Assembly (NCBI GenBank): GCA_017440085.1
Contig: JAFSHW010000012.1
Coordinates: forward strand, 16,931 to 80,930
DNA: 64,000 bases
Direction of reading: 5' to 3'
DNA from: Clostridia bacterium
Lineage (GTDB): Bacteria > Bacillota > Clostridia > Oscillospirales > UBA644
The position numbers and the translations under genes are program-made. The notes below the pieces were generated by a model. The model ran no database searches, was not told where the DNA came from, and saw only the letters and a list, made by a program, of their open reading frames with translations. Shown here one piece after another: positions 1-9,316 of the stretch (position 1 is the first letter of the stretch; every line of letters begins with the position of its first letter).

Positions 1-89
1 TCGTCAACACTTTTATATACAAGAGAAACAACAAGGAGTAAACACAGTAAAATAACAGCAAAAAAACCAATATTCTTGTATTTTTTCAA
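1..89 (-). CDS. ftsH: Partial CDS (N-terminus only, runs off the window): probable ATP-dependent metalloprotease FtsH
   Basis: The frame is open from TTG at 89 (GAGG 6 nt upstream) to the window edge. It translates as MKKYKNIGFFAVILLCLLLVVSLVYKSVD, a basic N-terminus followed by a TM helix. Its position downstream of tilS-hpt matches the conserved Firmicute tilS-hprT-ftsH order. The identity rests mainly on synteny. Confidence 0.4.
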   Translation of the reverse strand, partial: MKKYKNIGFFAVILLCLLLVVSLVYKSVD

Positions 90-193
90 TTATAGCCTCA
101 TTTCTCCGACGAAACCAATGGGACAAAAATATATTTAATCAAAGCAGCCAATCGTCGGTCTGACAGCTTTATAATTCACTAAGTGATTACGTG

Positions 194-727
194 TTATTCT
201 TCAAAATTAAGGATACCAACGTAAGGTAAATTTCTGTATTTTTCATCATAGTCAAGACCGTAGCCAACTACAAATTCATCAGGAATCTCGAAACCGCAAT
301 AGTCAAGGTCCACGTGAGCAACTCTTCTATCAGGTTTATTAAGGAAAGTGCACAGTTTAAGGGATTTAGGCTTTCTCGTTTTGAGAATTTCAATAAGTTT
401 TGAAAGAGTGTAGCCACTATCAAGAATATCTTCTACGATAAGAATATCATAGTCGGAAACGTTAATATCAAGGTCTTTGAGAATTTTCACGTTACCTCTG
501 GAAGAAGTTCCGGAACCGTAACTTGAAACAATCATAAAGTCAATGGAAAGAGGAAGGTCAATGGCTCTCATAAGGTCTGCCATAAAAACGACTGAACCTT
601 TAAGAACTGAAACAAGGAGAAGCTTTCCGTCTCTTCCTTTGTAATCTTCAGTGATTTTTTTGCCAATTTCCGCTACCTTGTTTTTAATATCTTCTTGGGA
701 AATATAAACTGATACGTTTTCTTTCAT
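194..727 (-). CDS. hpt: Hypoxanthine phosphoribosyltransferase
   Basis: The start is trimmed to MKENVSVYISQEDI (ATG at 727). The PRPP-binding motif ILIVEDILDSGYTL is present and the protein is about 177 aa. The longer 227-aa ORF extends into the tilS 3' end and is unlikely to be real. Confidence 0.9.
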   Translation of the reverse strand: MKENVSVYISQEDIKNKVAEIGKKITEDYKGRDGKLLLVSVLKGSVVFMADLMRAIDLPLSIDFMIVSSYGSGTSSRGNVKILKDLDINVSDYDILIVEDILDSGYTLSKLIEILKTRKPKSLKLCTFLNKPDRRVAHVDLDYCGFEIPDEFVVGYGLDYDEKYRNLPYVGILNFEE

Positions 728-776
728 TTTTCTGACTCCATTCATATTTATTCTACTGCAAAAGGTTGTTTTTATG

Positions 777-2105
777 CTAGCTTGGTTTAAATTCCAAATA
801 GATTGCTTTTTCTCCGACTTCAGGAAGAAAGTTTTCATCGGAACCGTAACCACTGACCCAAGCCACGTGATTTTCAACTGTGACTACGGGAATTAAAGGT
901 CTGATATTTTGCGGAATTTTATCATCAATAAAAAGTTTTTTCAAAGCTTTTTCAGGCCGCTTAGGCAATTTTATGCAATCACCCGTTTTTCTGCTTCTTA
1001 CAGCAAAAGAACGCCCTAGCGGAAGGCAATTTTTTCTATTTTCTTTAGTAACCGTTACCTCAGAAAGAATAATTCTGCCGATTTTGCCCAAACTATTCTC
1101 TCCCGAAGAAAGTTCCATTGGAGTTATTTCTGCTGATAAGTCAACAATGGGAATTATTTTTAATGAATCGTACTGACTCAGAATTTCAAAATTTTCTATA
1201 AAAATTTTTTTGGAAGTAGCTTGATTTTTTATAAGATAAATTATATCATTGGTTTGCTTATTCGTCAATACAATTTTCGGCGAATTTACAAAAAAGTACC
1301 TTCTTACAAGCCTATATAAAATACTTTTTGGAAGCTCTTGCAAATATGATAAAGGAAGTTCATTTCCCTGCGTATTTTGCAAAATTTCTTCTATATGCAA
1401 ATCAACGAGGCTTTCAAGATATTCGTCGTCAGCTTCAGCGGAAGAGGTTAACCTCAAAACTGAATCTCCAAAGGACGGATTTATTTTTTCAATAAGAGGA
1501 ATTATTTCATTTCTGATAATATTTCTGGTGTAAATATTTTCAAAATTTGTTTTATCCGTTGAAAATTCAATGCCATTTGCCTCACAGTAAGCATAAATTT
1601 CCTTTTTCGTGCAACGAATCAACGGTCGGATTATAGCATCATCACGCTTTACGGGGATACCGCGAAGTCCACCGATTCCGCAACCTCTAATTAAATTTAA
1701 AAGCAGCGTTTCGCTGTTATCATCTGCGTTATGGGCAGTAGCAATATGAGTATAACCGTATTTTTTGCGCACGTCGTTGAAAAATTCATAACGCACGTTT
1801 CTGGAATATTCCTCAGTAGAAAGACCTTTCGGTTTTGTTTCTGAAATTTTTGCGTGAAGTATTTCTATGGGAATACTTCTATCTATGCAATATTTTTTAA
1901 GCAGAGCTTCTTCTTCATCAGATTCCGCGCGCAATCCGTGATTTACGTGCGCAACCACGAAAGGGATACCATAAAGCCCTTTATTTTCAATAAAAAAATG
2001 TAGTAGGCTCATTGAATCGGAACCGCCGGAAATGCAAAGAACTAATCCATTACAGCCCTCAAGCAAGTTTTTTTCTCTGATAGTTTCGATAATTTTATCT
2101 TTCAT
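777..2105 (-). CDS. tilS: tRNA(Ile)-lysidine synthase
   Basis: PP-loop motif SGGSDSMSLL near the N-terminus; 442 aa; located upstream of hpt as in Bacillus. Confidence 0.9.
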   Translation of the reverse strand: MKDKIIETIREKNLLEGCNGLVLCISGGSDSMSLLHFFIENKGLYGIPFVVAHVNHGLRAESDEEEALLKKYCIDRSIPIEILHAKISETKPKGLSTEEYSRNVRYEFFNDVRKKYGYTHIATAHNADDNSETLLLNLIRGCGIGGLRGIPVKRDDAIIRPLIRCTKKEIYAYCEANGIEFSTDKTNFENIYTRNIIRNEIIPLIEKINPSFGDSVLRLTSSAEADDEYLESLVDLHIEEILQNTQGNELPLSYLQELPKSILYRLVRRYFFVNSPKIVLTNKQTNDIIYLIKNQATSKKIFIENFEILSQYDSLKIIPIVDLSAEITPMELSSGENSLGKIGRIILSEVTVTKENRKNCLPLGRSFAVRSRKTGDCIKLPKRPEKALKKLFIDDKIPQNIRPLIPVVTVENHVAWVSGYGSDENFLPEVGEKAIYLEFKPS

Positions 2106-2107
2106 AA

Positions 2108-3457
2108 TTAAAGTGCCTGAGGTTCTGAATTAGACAGCGTACGGAATGCAGTATGAGCACCGTCCCAATAAATGGGGACTTTACCGGGCGCACCGTGACG
2201 GTTTTTCTCTATAATAACTTCACAAATGTTCTTTTGGTCGGTTTCTTTATCGTAGTATTCAGGTCTGCTCAAGAAAATAACGATGTCTGCGTCCTGCTCG
2301 ATAGAACCGGAGTCTCTCAAGTCGGAAAGACGAGGAACTTTATTATCGTCTTTACGTTGCTCAATACTTCTTGAAAGCTGAGAGCAAAGAATTACGGGAA
2401 CATTAAGCTCTTTTGCCATAATTTTCAATGAACGTGTGATTTCACCAATTTCTTGAACTCTGTTATCGATTTTTTTACCTGAGCTCATAAGCTGAAGGTA
2501 ATCAATCATTACCATTCCAAGGTTTTTCACCCTGCGAAGCTTTGCTTTCATTTCAGCAACGGTAATCATTGAAGTATCGTCAAAAAGCAAATTCACGTCA
2601 TTCAAATCATCGTGCCAGAATTTATAAATATCATCCCATTCGTCTTCGCTTACTGCGCCGGTGAGCATTTTTTTACTGTCAATCAAAACGGTACTTGAAA
2701 TAATACGCCTTGCAAGCTGTTCTCTTGACATTTCCAAAGAGAAAAATACTACGCTGAGTTTGGGGTTATTCTGAGTTGAAGATGCAATATTATAAGCTAT
2801 ATTCAGCGCAAACGAGGTTTTACCCATACCGGGACGCCCTGCCAAGAGAACCAAGTCACTTCTGTTGAAGCCACCCATAAAGTTATCCAAAGCGGAAATA
2901 CCCATTTTAATCTGGCTGAACTTACCTGCGGTATCTAATTTTAATTCGTTAAGACGTTCAAGCTCGGATTTAACCAAATCCGAAAGTTTATGCAACGTCA
3001 TATTTTGGCGATTGCCTGAGATATTATTTAATCTGCGTTCTGCATATTCAAGAACTGAAGGAAGATTTTGATTTTCCAAACAAAGACTGTTCAGCTCGCG
3101 GCTGTAATCGATAACTTCGCGAAGCATTGCCTTTTCAGCAACAATTTTTGCATAGTAAGTCACATCGCCAATCATTGATGATGCTTCGGCGAGTTTTAAC
3201 AAATATTCTTTCTCTTCGCTTGTTTCAAATGAGCCGTTTTCTCTAAGCTTTTCAAGAAGCATTACGCCCTCTATAGTATGACCCAGATTTGAAAGCTCAA
3301 GCATTGCGGCAAAAATCTCTTTATGCTTTTCGGAATAAAAATATTCCGGTTTAAGCATCAAGGAAGCTTTGCCTATAAGCTCAGGGTCAAGAAGAATAGA
3401 ACCGAGAACCGCTTGCTCAGATTCAAGGCTGAACGGTACTTTTTGTTCAAAATCCAT
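2108..3457 (-). CDS. dnaB: Replicative DNA helicase (DnaB family; DnaC in Bacillus nomenclature)
   Basis: The N-terminus reads PFSLESEQAVLGSILLD and the Walker A motif is GRPGMGKTSFALN. The protein is 449 aa and lies downstream of rplI. Confidence 0.95.
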   Translation of the reverse strand: MDFEQKVPFSLESEQAVLGSILLDPELIGKASLMLKPEYFYSEKHKEIFAAMLELSNLGHTIEGVMLLEKLRENGSFETSEEKEYLLKLAEASSMIGDVTYYAKIVAEKAMLREVIDYSRELNSLCLENQNLPSVLEYAERRLNNISGNRQNMTLHKLSDLVKSELERLNELKLDTAGKFSQIKMGISALDNFMGGFNRSDLVLLAGRPGMGKTSFALNIAYNIASSTQNNPKLSVVFFSLEMSREQLARRIISSTVLIDSKKMLTGAVSEDEWDDIYKFWHDDLNDVNLLFDDTSMITVAEMKAKLRRVKNLGMVMIDYLQLMSSGKKIDNRVQEIGEITRSLKIMAKELNVPVILCSQLSRSIEQRKDDNKVPRLSDLRDSGSIEQDADIVIFLSRPEYYDKETDQKNICEVIIEKNRHGAPGKVPIYWDGAHTAFRTLSNSEPQAL

Positions 3458-3474
3458 ATTTTTATCCTCTCAGA

Positions 3475-3921
3475 TTATTCGATAGGAACTACTTTAAGCT
3501 GAACCTTTGCGGAAATTTCAGGGTAAAGCTTAATTTCAACAGTGTATTCTCCATAATTTTTAACGGAGTCGGGCATTGAGATTTTTTTCTTCTCAATTTC
3601 AAAACCCATCTGAGCTGAAAGAGCTTCTGCAACTTCTTTGCCAGTAACGGCGCCGAAAAGTTTTGCTTGGCTGCCCTTTGCTTTAATGGTAACCACAGTT
3701 TTTTCCAAAAGAGCTTTCTGTTCAAGAGCCTGCTGCTTTTCAACAGCTTTTCTGTGAGCTTCAGCCGCATTGTGTTGCTCAAGAACGTTTTTATTAACGG
3801 AGTTTGCTTCTACGGCAAGCTTCTTGGGGAACAAAAAGTTTTTAGCGTAACCATCGCTTACTTTTACCAGCTGGTTTTTCTTGCCGAGTGCTTTAACGTC
3901 ACTAAGTAAAATTACTTCCAT
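3475..3921 (-). CDS. rplI: 50S ribosomal protein L9
   Basis: MEVILLSDVKALGKKNQLVKVSDGYAKNFLFPKKLA is a typical L9 N-terminus; 148 aa. Confidence 0.95.
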   Translation of the reverse strand: MEVILLSDVKALGKKNQLVKVSDGYAKNFLFPKKLAVEANSVNKNVLEQHNAAEAHRKAVEKQQALEQKALLEKTVVTIKAKGSQAKLFGAVTGKEVAEALSAQMGFEIEKKKISMPDSVKNYGEYTVEIKLYPEISAKVQLKVVPIE

Positions 3922-3962
3922 TTTTCATTTTCCTTTCATTTATGAGTTAACAGCAGACCTTT

Positions 3963-5936
3963 TTATTTAGGCTGCTCATCGATATATGCATCAATAGCAT
4001 TTGTAAGTTTGATATATCCTTCTTTGATATTGGTATCCTTGAGCTGACAGCCTGCCATAGTTTGATGTCCGCCACCGCCCAATTTTTCCATAATAAGCTG
4101 TACGTTTACGCTTCCGTAAGAGCGAGCCGAAACGTATACGGAATCCTTAATAACGTAAAGGCAGAAAGCCGCCTGAACGTTTTCGATATTAAGCATTTCG
4201 TCCGCCGCCTGAGAAGCTGCAATTTTAAGATTTCCTACAGTTTCCATATCACAAAGAGATACCGCGTAAACCTTTTCGTAAATTTCAGCTTTACTGATAA
4301 GCTCAGCTTTAAGTTTGTAAGTATCAACGTCGGTCTGGAACATAAGCTTAACGTTCACGGTGCTAGCGCCTACGTTTCTCAAATATGCGGAAGCTTCAAA
4401 GGTGCAAGTGCCAGTTTTAAGAGAGAAGTTTTTGGTATCAAGGTAAATACCTGCCAGAAGTGCGTCTGCTTCAAGAGCTGAAAGTCTGCATTTTTCAAGG
4501 TATTCAATAAGCTCCGTAACCATTTCGCAAGCTGAAGAAGCATACGGTTCGTGGAAGAAAAAGTGAGTATCCTGAATAAAATCTGCAGATTTTCTATGGT
4601 GGTCAATTACGGCAATTTTGCCTGCATACTGTATAATTTCAGGCATTTCAGTATATGAAGCCCTGTGAGTATCAACGATAACCACGAGAGTATCAAGGTC
4701 CACCGTCATCATAGCGTCCTGCTTTGAAATAAACAAATCACTATGCAAATTCGAATCAACAAGCCTGTCGTAGAGAGATTCTGCAAGATTGGTTTCGGGA
4801 TTAAGAATTATATGAGTCTTCTTGCCAAAGCTTCTGCCAATGCAAGCAATACCTACACAAGCACCCAAACTGTCCATATCCGCGTACTGGTGGCCCATAA
4901 CGATAACGGTCTTTACACTGTTAAGAAGTTCTGCAAAGCTTGAAGCAAGAACTCTCGAAGTTATTTTTGCACGCCTGTCGTTTCCTCGTGCATAACCGCC
5001 AAAGAAATCGTAACCGGTTGCCTTGCTTACAACTGCTTGGTCGCCGCCTCGGCTGAGAGCCATATCAAGAGCATTTCTTGCAGCCTCATCACTTTCCGCA
5101 AATCCGTCTTTTTCAGAACCTACGCCTATTGAAAGCGTGGGGGGAATGCTTCCCAAAATAGGAAGATCACGAACTGTATCAAGAATACTGAATCGCTCTT
5201 TCATAAAATCGTTAAGGTATCTGTTTTCAAAAATCACGAAGTATCTATTCTTTTCGATTTTACGCAAAATACAGGAGGTTCCCTGGGTCCATTTGCTGAT
5301 GGTATCATCAATGGTCGCCATTGCAACGGATCTATCGCTTTCCTTTACGTTTTTGAAAAGCTCATCGTAATTATCTACAAGAATATGAGCAACTACGGGT
5401 TTTGAATCGTTATGTTCCTGCTGAAGAGTTACAAGGTCCGTTCTGTCAAAGAAATAAAGAACGTACATTTCCTTTTCGTGCTGAACGCTGCAATCTACGC
5501 AAACGTAATATGAACCTTCAGCAAGGTCTACGGAAAAAGTTTTATTTTTAAGAATATCCGGGTGAATTTTGTACACGGAATTAAGGCAAACAGCGTATTC
5601 CTCACCAAAAGTATCGCAGAAAGTTTCGCTATACCAAAGAACTTCTCCTGAGGAATTGCTGATAAGAATAGGTATAGGAAACTCTTCCAAACGCCTCAAG
5701 GAAGTAAGGTCAAGCATTGCTACGGTATTTTTCATAACCTTCTTAACGTTGCGGCGCAAAATATGCACGTAAACTTCAAAAAGGACTATATAACAGCCTG
5801 CACAAAGAAGAAAAGCGTTGCTTAAAGTCCCCGGACGCAGAAGCTGAAACAATATCACAAAAACAGCAAGAACTATGTAAGAGCTTCTTGCAGCAACTGC
5901 TGTTAAAAGCGTTTTTCCTTTCATAAAAATCTCCAT
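3963..5936 (-). CDS. gdpP: GdpP/YybT-like DHH/DHHA1 phosphodiesterase (probable c-di-AMP phosphodiesterase)
   Basis: It has two N-terminal TM helices, a central PAS/degenerate-GGDEF-like region, DHH motifs (IVDTHR, VIDHHR) and a C-terminal GGGH. The yybS-yybT-rplI-dnaB synteny supports the call. Confidence 0.8.
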   Translation of the reverse strand: MEIFMKGKTLLTAVAARSSYIVLAVFVILFQLLRPGTLSNAFLLCAGCYIVLFEVYVHILRRNVKKVMKNTVAMLDLTSLRRLEEFPIPILISNSSGEVLWYSETFCDTFGEEYAVCLNSVYKIHPDILKNKTFSVDLAEGSYYVCVDCSVQHEKEMYVLYFFDRTDLVTLQQEHNDSKPVVAHILVDNYDELFKNVKESDRSVAMATIDDTISKWTQGTSCILRKIEKNRYFVIFENRYLNDFMKERFSILDTVRDLPILGSIPPTLSIGVGSEKDGFAESDEAARNALDMALSRGGDQAVVSKATGYDFFGGYARGNDRRAKITSRVLASSFAELLNSVKTVIVMGHQYADMDSLGACVGIACIGRSFGKKTHIILNPETNLAESLYDRLVDSNLHSDLFISKQDAMMTVDLDTLVVIVDTHRASYTEMPEIIQYAGKIAVIDHHRKSADFIQDTHFFFHEPYASSACEMVTELIEYLEKCRLSALEADALLAGIYLDTKNFSLKTGTCTFEASAYLRNVGASTVNVKLMFQTDVDTYKLKAELISKAEIYEKVYAVSLCDMETVGNLKIAASQAADEMLNIENVQAAFCLYVIKDSVYVSARSYGSVNVQLIMEKLGGGGHQTMAGCQLKDTNIKEGYIKLTNAIDAYIDEQPK

Positions 5937-6004
5937 TCTGCCGCAAAATCGGCGGCAAGTGTATGCTTGGCAACAAAAGCCAAAACTAGGTTAATTATAT
6001 TTTA

Positions 6005-6982
6005 TTAAACGTCGCGACTGGCAAGTATGCGGCGAATATCCACAAAATTATCCAAAACGCCAACGATAGAAATCAGATTTGAAAAACCAGGAATCAAACA
6101 CGCAAAAATTGCTATGCCTACTAGAAGTTTCTTAACACCCTTAGGCACGTTTTTGTAACCCAAAAGGTATGAAATCAAAGAAAGACCGCTGTAAGTAAAT
6201 ACAAAAGTTATTGTGTTGTAGAAGTTTGAAAAAACTATTCCCAAAACAGAATCTCCCGTAATAAAATACAAGAGGTAGCAAGCAAAATAAACCCAAAGAA
6301 AAGTTCTGCTGATTGAAAAATCGTCAAAGCTTCCCATAAAGCTTACCGGCTCTTCAGTCCTAAGCATAATGCTTTTAGTTACCCAAAAGCAGACAACAGC
6401 AACAAGTAAAATCACGCCGATGTAAAACGTAGGAATAAGCATTATTCCAGACCTGAAAAATGTTTCTATATACTGCTCAGCGGATAAACCGTATTGTGAG
6501 AAAATCTCGTTAACGGCAGGATCATTCACTGCGAAAAAGCTTTTCAGTGCAAGCTCTGTTTCATCAAATAAAGGTTTGAGAACAGATTCAACGTCAAAAG
6601 TCCCGCCTGAAGCCTCTCCTATATAAACGAAAAACGTTAAGGTGCCTAAAACTACGGCACTTAAAACAACTACGCCAATAGCATCGTTAAACTTATTCTT
6701 ATTTCTTAATCCTATACCCAAAGAAATGCCGATTGAAAGGAAGAATATAAGAAAAACCATTGAGGCTGAAGCGGAACCGAGAGCAAGCCAACCACCCGTA
6801 AATGCAAGAAGGACGCCAACGCCTATTATAGGAAGCGACGGTGACAGCATTACCGAAAACGTACAGCAAAGGCAAGATGCCAAAAGTGAAATAGGTAATG
6901 CCAACGGTACGAAAAATGACCCCACGGCAAACAACACGGCTGCAATTAGCAAGCCTACTGATAATATTTGATTTTTAACCAT
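6005..6982 (-). CDS. YybS-like polytopic membrane protein (DUF2232-like)
   Basis: It is 325 aa and hydrophobic throughout, with many predicted TM helices. Its position immediately upstream of gdpP matches B. subtilis yybS. Confidence 0.6.
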   Translation of the reverse strand: MVKNQILSVGLLIAAVLFAVGSFFVPLALPISLLASCLCCTFSVMLSPSLPIIGVGVLLAFTGGWLALGSASASMVFLIFFLSIGISLGIGLRNKNKFNDAIGVVVLSAVVLGTLTFFVYIGEASGGTFDVESVLKPLFDETELALKSFFAVNDPAVNEIFSQYGLSAEQYIETFFRSGIMLIPTFYIGVILLVAVVCFWVTKSIMLRTEEPVSFMGSFDDFSISRTFLWVYFACYLLYFITGDSVLGIVFSNFYNTITFVFTYSGLSLISYLLGYKNVPKGVKKLLVGIAIFACLIPGFSNLISIVGVLDNFVDIRRILASRDV

Positions 6983-7099
6983 AGGTATCCACCTTTCAAA
7001 GCGTTTAATGCAAAAAAATGAATATTATAATCCATTTTATTCTATTATACCAAATTCCACGAAAAAATCAAGCACTTAAAGCATTTTCTCCATATTTTG

Positions 7100-7750
7100 T
7101 CAGAAATATTTTCTAGTATTTATGCTAATAGGAAGAGTTTCGATTTCAGAAAGCGGCAACAGAGCAGAAAACGAGCTCAAAGCACCGTTAAATTTAATGG
7201 GAAGCCCCGTTTTTGCAGAAACATCTTCAGCCTTTCCAAAGGTGGAAGTAAGAACATTTGAATCAGTTTCAGAGCCCAAATTGGAATTGTTTATCAATGC
7301 GGAGCATCTCAATCCGGAGCTTTTTTCAATTTCAAGCATAAGAGATGTCATATCCTCTGAATTATCTGTAAGAGGACGGTAAAAATTCAGAACGTAATAC
7401 ATTTCATAACCATCGCGAATAATTGATTCCGCATATCTGCCCAAAACGATCGCACCGCTGTCATCGCCTCCAATATCCCACACTGCATAGCAATCTGCCG
7501 CAAAGACCTTTTGAATATCAGCAGGAAGTGCGGGAATATCCAGATTTGTATTAGCATACATAGGTGCAATAAGTTCGACACCGTTATTTTCCAAAAGCTC
7601 TTTACTGTCGGCAGAACGGAAGTAAGGATTTACGATGTCACAGTCAATAAGAAAAACTTTTTTATCTTTTTTTGCGTATTCAAGGGCAAGAGTTATGGCA
7701 ATATTGCTTTTTCCGCTTCCGTAATGGCCGGTAATTATAATATGTTTCAT
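7100..7750 (-). CDS. P-loop NTPase of the MinD/ParA/CooC-like fold with an atypical Walker A
   Basis: The N-terminus is MKHIIITGHYGSGKSNIAITLA (GxxGSGKS P-loop), followed by VFLIDCDIVNP and WDIGGDD (Walker B-like). The protein is 216 aa. Confidence 0.7.
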   Translation of the reverse strand: MKHIIITGHYGSGKSNIAITLALEYAKKDKKVFLIDCDIVNPYFRSADSKELLENNGVELIAPMYANTNLDIPALPADIQKVFAADCYAVWDIGGDDSGAIVLGRYAESIIRDGYEMYYVLNFYRPLTDNSEDMTSLMLEIEKSSGLRCSALINNSNLGSETDSNVLTSTFGKAEDVSAKTGLPIKFNGALSSFSALLPLSEIETLPISINTRKYF

Positions 7751-7857
7751 GGTTAAAATTCCTTTCTTTCAGTTAAAAATTAAAAGGTATATCAAAAAAG
7801 TCGTAGGTAAGACTATAATTTGCAAACGTCAAAATAAAATTTGGGGAATTATAAAAA

Positions 7858-9078
7858 ATGCGTAATATAAATGAAAAAACAGGGCGAATTCGTTCGAAAA
7901 CCGGAAAAATTGTGCTGTATGCAATTCTTGCTGCAATGCTCCTTTGCGGTTTAGGCGTATATTTTGCCTCAACAATACCTAATAAATACTACGTCTTTGA
8001 ATCGGATACGGAAAATCTTGAAGAAATACTGAATCAAGAAAAATTTTCCCCCGTAACTTCAACGGTGAGCGTTTCAGACGGCAATTATTCCGTAGATTTT
8101 AAGTTGTGGGGAATAATGCCAATAAAGAGCTCCTCCGTAGAGGTTGTGGCTAGCCAATCGCTTATGGCAGGCGGTGAACCTTTTGGAATAAAATTCTACA
8201 CTGAGGGCGTCATTGTGGTCAGCTTGACCGACGTTGAAACTGAAAACGGAAAAGTCAATCCTGCCTATAATAGCGGAATTCGAGTAAAAGACATAATCAC
8301 CACTATAAACGGAAAAAAAATCAAAAGCAACGAATATCTCACCGAAACGGTGAAAAATTGCGGAGGCAAAGAGTTGACTCTCGGCGTTAAGCGAGAAAAC
8401 CTTATTTTTGAAATTAAAACTACTCCCGTTAAGGACTCAAAAGGAATTTACCGCTTGGGTTGCTGGGTAAGGGACAGTACAGCAGGAATAGGGACGGTAA
8501 CATTCTACGACCCTGTAAACAAGACTTTTGCAGGGTTGGGCCACGGAATTTGCGATAGCGACACAGGAGAACTTATGCCGATTTCTTATGGAAAAGCTTT
8601 GGAAGCTGAAATTTTTTCTGTTGTTAAAGGAATTGCAGGAACTCCCGGAGAACTTCGCGGTGCGTTCAATGAATTTTCAAACGTTGGAACCATAGTTAAG
8701 AATTGCGAAGAGGGCGTTTTCGGCACTTTGAAAGACGGATACGAACCTAAAGGCCCCCTCTACCCTGTTGCCTTCAAGCAAGATATACGGGAAGGAAGCG
8801 CGGAAATACTTTGCACTACGGACAGTAATGGAGTTCAAAAATATGAGATTGAAATTCTGCATATATATTCAAACTCAGTTAAAACTACTAAAAATATGGT
8901 GATTTCCATTACCGACGAAGCTCTTTTGGAAAAAACCGGCGGCATAGTTCAAGGGATGTCAGGTTCGCCTATAATACAAAACGGTAAAATTATTGGAGCA
9001 GTAACTCACGTTATGATTAACGACCCAACAAAGGGCTACGGAATTTTTATTGAAAATATGCTTAATGCGGCAGGCTGA
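7858..9078 (+). CDS. spoIVB: SpoIVB peptidase (S55), sporulation signalling protease
   Basis: It has an N-terminal TM helix, a PDZ-like region (IRVKDIITTINGKKI) and the catalytic-region motif GMSGSPIIQNGKIIGAVTHV; 406 aa. Confidence 0.9.
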   Translation: MRNINEKTGRIRSKTGKIVLYAILAAMLLCGLGVYFASTIPNKYYVFESDTENLEEILNQEKFSPVTSTVSVSDGNYSVDFKLWGIMPIKSSSVEVVASQSLMAGGEPFGIKFYTEGVIVVSLTDVETENGKVNPAYNSGIRVKDIITTINGKKIKSNEYLTETVKNCGGKELTLGVKRENLIFEIKTTPVKDSKGIYRLGCWVRDSTAGIGTVTFYDPVNKTFAGLGHGICDSDTGELMPISYGKALEAEIFSVVKGIAGTPGELRGAFNEFSNVGTIVKNCEEGVFGTLKDGYEPKGPLYPVAFKQDIREGSAEILCTTDSNGVQKYEIEILHIYSNSVKTTKNMVISITDEALLEKTGGIVQGMSGSPIIQNGKIIGAVTHVMINDPTKGYGIFIENMLNAAG

Positions 9079-9093
9079 AAGGCTTGCCGTTTT
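9068..9093 (+). terminator. Intrinsic terminator candidate after spoIVB
   Basis: The stem pairs CGGCAGGCT with GGCTTGCCG (with G-U pairs) around a GAAA loop and is followed by TTTT. The stop codon lies inside the stem-loop. Confidence 0.5.
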
Positions 9094-9184
9094 CAGACTT
9101 ATATTATAGCACAAATCAAAGACTTATACAAGCACTTAATTCCAACATTATTTTTTTTAAAAAAATGAAAACTTTTCCAGCAAA

Positions 9185-9212
9185 TGAAACCTTTATGAAA
9201 ACTTATCGTCTA
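9185..9212 (+). promoter_or_regulatory. ECF-sigma-type promoter candidate (TGAAAC-N16-CGTCTA)
   Basis: The -35 TGAAAC is at 9185-9190, the spacer is 16 nt, and the -10 CGTCTA is at 9207-9212. The site is 105 nt upstream of the lipoprotein ATG. It has the same -10 and spacing as the site upstream of the ECF sigma gene. Confidence 0.5.
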
Positions 9213-9238
9213 TATAAGTGAAAAGAAAGTTAAATACG

Positions 9239-9267
9239 TTGATTCAGCTCAAAAATTATGCTATAAT
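9239..9267 (+). promoter_or_regulatory. Sigma-A-type promoter candidate
   Basis: TTGATT (9239-9244), a 17-nt spacer, then TATAAT (9262-9267). Confidence 0.5.
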
Positions 9268-9316
9268 TATATTGTAAACTTAACAGTTTAATATTTAAAA
9301 AGAAAGGACGATCCCA

